From positions 1 through 64,000 of the forward strand of contig JAGVFW010000013.1 in assembly GCA_020057405.1 (NCBI GenBank): a stretch of 64,000 bases of DNA, given 5' to 3'. This DNA is from an archaeon (GTDB lineage Archaea > Micrarchaeota > Micrarchaeia > Norongarragalinales > UBA97). Under the pieces are notes generated by a model. The model worked only from the letters and a program-made list of their open reading frames with translations. It made no database searches and was not told the origin of the DNA. Below, piece by piece: positions 59,515 through 64,000 of this stretch (the stretch's first letter is position 1; each line of letters opens with the position of its first letter). Made by a program: the position numbers and the translations under genes.

Positions 59515-59838
59515 TTACTTGCCGCTCTTCTTCCTTGCAGACGGCGCCCGCTTTGCCGAAAAGCCCTTCTTCGCCGCCGTTCCGCACTCGATGCAGATGG
59601 TGAGGAGGAGCTTTTGTGCGCCCAAGCGGGTTTTGGCGGTGAGGCCCGGCACCAGAGGCGCGCCACAGCCCTTGCAGGCAACGGCAGGCCCTAGCGGGAA
59701 GCGGTGGCGCATGGCAATGGCGCGGGCAAGGGAAACATAGCGCTTGGCGAGCCTCTTGTCGCCCGCGCGCCATTTCCCAACCGCCATGCGCAATAGCTCG
59801 ACGCACCGTTCCTTTGCAATCTGGTCTGCGGACTTCAA
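59515..59838 (-). CDS. rnp4: RNase P protein component 4 (Rpp21)
   Basis: IAKERC, LAKRYV, CKGC...PG...CIECG. Confidence 0.88.
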   Translation of the reverse strand: MKSADQIAKERCVELLRMAVGKWRAGDKRLAKRYVSLARAIAMRHRFPLGPAVACKGCGAPLVPGLTAKTRLGAQKLLLTICIECGTAAKKGFSAKRAPSARKKSGK

Positions 59839-59852
59839 GTTTTCACCGTTAG

Positions 59853-59999
59853 TGGGCCTACGGGGATTTGAACCCCGGCGCTCTGGTTGGCCTAGAAACG
59901 CGTCCGTTGCGGACGCGCGTCATATAAGACTTGCGCGAAAAAAGGGCGGGAAAACCAACCCCGTTTCACAGCGCTCTGGCCAGACTGAGCTATAGGCCC
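59853..59999 (-). tRNA. tRNA-Ile(TAT) with two introns (29/30: 59931-59968; 37/38: 59889-59922)
   Basis: Removing both introns gives a 75-nt cloverleaf with anticodon arm CUGGU-CUUAUAA-ACCAG; both junctions form BHB motifs. Confidence 0.9.
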
Positions 60000-60040
60000 G
60001 TTGCAAGGAATATAATGCCTTGGCAGGCTAATTAATTCGT

Positions 60041-60538
60041 ATGGCTTTATCGAAGACCGGTCTCGGTTTGAAGGACGTCCTGACCCTAGCTAGCGCAGCC
60101 GCAGGCGTTGCCGCGATTTCGTTTGCGCTAAAAGGCAACATTCCAAACGCTTCGGCACTCATTGTCGCCGCCGCTTTTCTTGACTACGGCGACGGCGTTG
60201 TCGCACGCACTCTTTCAAGCGCAAACGAGTTTGGAAAACAGCTCGACTCGCTAGCCGACGCGATTAGTTTTGCAGCAGCGCCCGCGGTAATCGCACTTGT
60301 CCTCAATAACGGCCTGCCGTCGCTCATTGCGGCGATAGTCTACGCCATTGCGGGTGCGTATAGGCTCGCTCGGTTCAACGTGCAGAAAGAAAAAGGCGTC
60401 TTCCACGGCCTGCCCGCCCCCGCGGCGGGAGTGTGTTTTGCGGCTGTTGCGCTAGTCGCACCCGACTACGCGTGGATCTCGCTATTCGCGCTTGCGGCGC
60501 TCATGGTAAGCTCAATTGAGTTTAGGAAAGTCGGTTAA
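60041..60538 (+). CDS. CDP-alcohol phosphatidyltransferase (PssA-like)
   Basis: DYGDGVVAR...FGKQLDSLAD, RLARFN, FHGLP. Confidence 0.9.
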   Translation: MALSKTGLGLKDVLTLASAAAGVAAISFALKGNIPNASALIVAAAFLDYGDGVVARTLSSANEFGKQLDSLADAISFAAAPAVIALVLNNGLPSLIAAIVYAIAGAYRLARFNVQKEKGVFHGLPAPAAGVCFAAVALVAPDYAWISLFALAALMVSSIEFRKVG

Positions 60539-60577
60539 ACGCCGGAAGTCGAACTTCGGTTTCTGCGGCTTTTTGAT

Positions 60578-61120
60578 TCAATGCGTTTCAAAGGGATTGT
60601 GCTGGCTTATACCACGCGAGTGGGCAAGAAGAACAGCGTAAGCGACTATCTGCTCGTGCAGACTCTTCAAATAGGGCTCCAAATTTGGCATCGACGTCAC
60701 CTTGCCCGACAGCGTCTCGTATTTGCCAGTGCCGGTTATCTTGTGGGCGCTCATGCCTTTTTCGGGCTTTTCCAAATCTAACACGTCAGTTGATATGGTA
60801 AGGAAATCAGGCTTACCTAGTTTCTCGAAAATCGTGCCGCGGCCTGTGCTTACGCTGTGGCGTATTTCCCAATCCGGACTCATGTGAGCTTTGACTACTG
60901 CCTGATGGCTGGACGCAATGCCTTTAACCTGCTTTGCCAACTCTTCTAGCACGGCATTTGCTTGATCGGAATCGAACCTTACGTTAAGCGCCACATGCGT
61001 AGTAAAATCAGGAGGGCGCTCTTCGTTTGGAAATATTTCGCTGACTATGGCCGAGGACTTCTTGACTGGATTGGCTTCTAGCTTGGGCGCTGGCTTGGAA
61101 CGGCGCCAGGGTGTTACCAT
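60578..61120 (-). CDS. hypothetical protein
   Basis: 180-aa ORF; TATA-like upstream. Confidence 0.5.
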   Translation of the reverse strand: MVTPWRRSKPAPKLEANPVKKSSAIVSEIFPNEERPPDFTTHVALNVRFDSDQANAVLEELAKQVKGIASSHQAVVKAHMSPDWEIRHSVSTGRGTIFEKLGKPDFLTISTDVLDLEKPEKGMSAHKITGTGKYETLSGKVTSMPNLEPYLKSLHEQIVAYAVLLAHSRGISQHNPFETH

Positions 61121-61279
61121 GAGTTATTTTTTCCGACCGGTACTTAAATAAGTTGCGTAAGTTTGAAGCCTGGTCTGGGCTGCCTTTTACCTGCGGTGCT
61201 GGCGCCAGCCCGAGGGGGTTTTATTGGCTCTTACCTCTAAAACCTATTGGCGGGCACTAATTCCGCCAAAGGCAATTGC

Positions 61280-62596
61280 ATGGGACTTGGCGAAGGCATT
61301 CGAAAGGCACTCGCGCGCATTACCGGCGCGACGCTAGTCGACGAGGTGGCGGTAAAGGAACTCGTCAAGGACTTGCAACGCGCGTTAATCTCAAGCGACG
61401 TCAACGTCAAGCTCGTTTTTGACATCACGAAACGCATCGAAGAGCGCGCGATTTCGGAAAAGCCTCCCGCGATGCTCTCACAGCGCGAGCACGTCATCCA
61501 GATAGTCTACGGCGAGCTCGTGAAAATGCTCGGCGAGAAGCACGAGGCTCGCGTGGGCAAGCAAAAAGTGATGATGCTTGGCCTCTTTGGAAGTGGAAAG
61601 ACGACGACAATCTCAAAACTCGCGAAGTTCTTCCAAAAGCACGGCCTTAGCGTGGGCGTGATTGCAGGCGACGTGCACAGGCCGGCTGCCTACGAGCAGC
61701 TCGAGCAGCTCTCGAAGATAGTCAACTGCGGGTTTTACGGGAGAAAGGGCGGCACGGCAGTAGAGATTGCGCGGGAAGGAATGCAGGCGCTTGCGAAAAA
61801 CGACGTCATCATCCTAGACACCGCCGGCAGGAGCGCCTTTGACGAGGAGCTTGCAAAAGAGCTAAAGGAACTCAACGCCGTTTTCGAGCCAGACGAAAAG
61901 TTTCTGGTCGTGAGCGCCGATGTCGGCCAAGTTGCCGGCAAGCAGGCTGACGAGTTCAACAAAAACATCGGCGTCACCGGCGTCATTGTCACGAAAATGG
62001 ATGGCTCGGGCAAGGGCGGCGGCGCGCTCTCAAGCGTGCACAAGAGCGGCGCTAAAGTCGCCTTCATCGGCACTGGCGAAAAGCCAGACGCGCTTGAAGA
62101 GTTTGACGCGACCAAGTTCGTCGCCCAATTGTGCGGATTCCCTGACCTCGCGGCGCTCTTGGAGAAGGCAAAAGAGGCGACTGAAGAGCAGGACCTCTCA
62201 ACGGCAATGGAGAGCGGCAAGCTTGACTACAATAGTTTTATGGCGCAAATGAAGGCAATGCGCAAGATGGGTCCCCTCAAAAGCATTTTGCAGATGATGG
62301 GCGCTTACGACCTGCCCGAAGAGCTCGTCGTGAAAAGCGAAGAGAAGATGAAGAAATTTGAGGCAATCGTGCACAGCATGACACCCGACGAACGGACTAC
62401 GCCGGACTCGATGAAGAACGCCAAGCGCCAGGAACGCGTCGCGCGCGGGGCCGGCGTCAAGCCCGACGAAGTCAAGGAACTCGTCAACAACTTTGAGAAA
62501 TCGCAGAAGATGATGAAAGCAATGCAGGGCAACCGCGGGCTCATGAAGCGCTTCAACAAGATGGGCGGCAACCTCGGCGGCCTGCTTGGAAGGTAA
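61280..62596 (+). CDS. srp54: signal recognition particle protein SRP54
   Basis: GLFGSGKTTT, DVHRPAA, DTAGR, TKMD, Met-rich M domain. Confidence 0.97.
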   Translation: MGLGEGIRKALARITGATLVDEVAVKELVKDLQRALISSDVNVKLVFDITKRIEERAISEKPPAMLSQREHVIQIVYGELVKMLGEKHEARVGKQKVMMLGLFGSGKTTTISKLAKFFQKHGLSVGVIAGDVHRPAAYEQLEQLSKIVNCGFYGRKGGTAVEIAREGMQALAKNDVIILDTAGRSAFDEELAKELKELNAVFEPDEKFLVVSADVGQVAGKQADEFNKNIGVTGVIVTKMDGSGKGGGALSSVHKSGAKVAFIGTGEKPDALEEFDATKFVAQLCGFPDLAALLEKAKEATEEQDLSTAMESGKLDYNSFMAQMKAMRKMGPLKSILQMMGAYDLPEELVVKSEEKMKKFEAIVHSMTPDERTTPDSMKNAKRQERVARGAGVKPDEVKELVNNFEKSQKMMKAMQGNRGLMKRFNKMGGNLGGLLGR

Positions 62597-62601
62597 TTGA
62601 A

Positions 62602-63675
62602 ATGCTAGAACTCGTTGCAATCGCAGTTGCCCTCATCGGCACTGCAAAGGCTGCGTGGCAGGACTTTAAGACGAGCTTCATCGACGAGAAAATCACTTAC
62701 TCCATGATTGGCGCTGGCTTTTCATTGACGTTAATGAACACGTTGAACGCTCCAATCGAACTTGCCCTCGCTTTTACAGCCATCATCTTAGCGGCAGGCT
62801 ATTTCTTCCTCAAACAGTATCCGAATATTACACCCCAATCCAAACACGGCGGGTTCTTCGTTATTTTTCTCCTCATAGTTCCACATCTCCTAAAACAAAC
62901 TCAGGCATTTGGCCCGAACGTAGACTACGGGCTACTCATCTTATCGTTTAACGGCGCGGCAGTCATCTTCGGCCTCGGCTGGCTCCTCTACAAGACGGGC
63001 AAGCTTGGCGGGGGGGATGTGCTGCTTTACACTGGCCTTCAACTGCTTTTGCCCGTAAAGCCGCACGCACTTGACGGCATCATCCTGCCTTACGTTCTTA
63101 CTCCCGACAAGCTATTCCAATGGCAACTGCTTTCCGACATCGGCCTGCCGTTCTTTCTTAGCATCTTTCTCCTTAGCACGATGCTTGCGCTCTTGGGCAG
63201 CTCGATTGTATACGCTTGGAGGTTGCGCAAGCTCAAGCTAAAACCCGAATTGCTCTCCGCCGGCCTTGGCTTGGTTGCAGTAATCGGGTTTGCGTACGTG
63301 ATGAACGTAATGGGCGCCTCACTCAAGGCAACCGCCTTCTACGCAATATTCCTCTTGCCTTCGGCGCTGCTATTGGCGTTTAGAAAGCAGCTGATGGACG
63401 AAGTCATCGTCCAGAAAGTGACTATAGCGCAAGTGGAGGACGAGGACATTCTCGTGCTCGACAAGATGCCCCAAGCCATTGTAAAGAAATACTCGCTTGG
63501 GCCTGTGCTCACCAAGTCGGAGGTCGAGAAGCTAAAACTCATCGTCAAGAAAGAGAAGATAACGAAATTCCCGGTCGCAAAAGTGCTTCCGCGCCTTGGG
63601 CCCTACGTTTTCCTCGCAGTGTTGCTTGGCGTGCTTGGGCTCGACTTGTTTACAATCATTCTGGCAATCGCGTAA
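62602..63675 (+). CDS. A24 prepilin/prearchaellin peptidase (PibD/FlaK-like)
   Basis: AWQDFKT and GKLGGGDV aspartate motifs; multi-TM. Confidence 0.8.
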   Translation: MLELVAIAVALIGTAKAAWQDFKTSFIDEKITYSMIGAGFSLTLMNTLNAPIELALAFTAIILAAGYFFLKQYPNITPQSKHGGFFVIFLLIVPHLLKQTQAFGPNVDYGLLILSFNGAAVIFGLGWLLYKTGKLGGGDVLLYTGLQLLLPVKPHALDGIILPYVLTPDKLFQWQLLSDIGLPFFLSIFLLSTMLALLGSSIVYAWRLRKLKLKPELLSAGLGLVAVIGFAYVMNVMGASLKATAFYAIFLLPSALLLAFRKQLMDEVIVQKVTIAQVEDEDILVLDKMPQAIVKKYSLGPVLTKSEVEKLKLIVKKEKITKFPVAKVLPRLGPYVFLAVLLGVLGLDLFTIILAIA

Positions 63676-64000
63676 AGCCCGTGCCGCTAACTTTCACTTC
63701 GCCTTTTTCGCCTTCGTTACCTCTAAGTTCAATTTCGCACTCCGGCAGGAACTGCCTTAGTACCCATGCGTTGGTGATTAAGTGGCGGTCCACGCGGCTG
63801 ACGGTAAAGCTGCTTTCGCCTTTCGCTAGCGCGGCGTAAAGCAATAGCTGGTCAGCCAAGTGCTCCTCAAGCGTTGTGCCGGCCTCAAGAAAAACCTTGA
63901 GCGCATGGACTGCCTCGCCGGCAACCTTGTGCGCCGGCTTGCTCTTCTCGCCGAGGGCAGAAAAGCCGTTGGCCAACCCGTTTGACTCGGCAAGCAAAAA
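63656..64000 (-). CDS. rtcA: RNA 3'-terminal phosphate cyclase, C-terminal part (runs off the window)
   Basis: HLADQLLLY, HLITN, RQFL. Confidence 0.85.
   Translation of the reverse strand, partial: FLLAESNGLANGFSALGEKSKPAHKVAGEAVHALKVFLEAGTTLEEHLADQLLLYAALAKGESSFTVSRVDRHLITNAWVLRQFLPECEIELRGNEGEKGEVKVSGTGFTRLPE

Overview
Gene-dense archaeal chromosome segment. It most likely comes from a DPANN (Micrarchaeota-like) genome; this is inferred from archaeal informational genes (rpoK, RFC, cdc6, hjc, dnaG, cdc48, eIF6, S19e/L31e/L39e, srp54/ftsY), an unlinked 5S rRNA, a two-intron tRNA-Ile(UAU), short TATA-proximal leaders and many basic orphan ORFs. Most of the window is housekeeping. Main points of interest: (1) a ~5.3-kb element integrated at tRNA-Phe with a perfect 21-bp att repeat. 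It carries a tyrosine integrase, an RHH regulator, an ATPase-less protein built from two Cdc48 N-domains that shares a 17-aa block identical to the host Cdc48, a Schlafen/AlbA_2-HATPase-wHTH protein and two small membrane proteins, so it is a candidate Cdc48-decoy/guard system. (2) An unannotated ~250-nt highly structured RNA with its own TATA box and U-tract, upstream of rfcS. (3) The ribosome quality control factor RqcH/NEMF is split into two separate genes. (4) tRNA-Ile(UAU) has two BHB introns. (5) Two tRNAs have C55 in place of U55. (6) A Lon ATPase lacks its protease domain and carries a Zn-ribbon insert. No database searches were possible, so product calls rest on recognised motifs and gene context.
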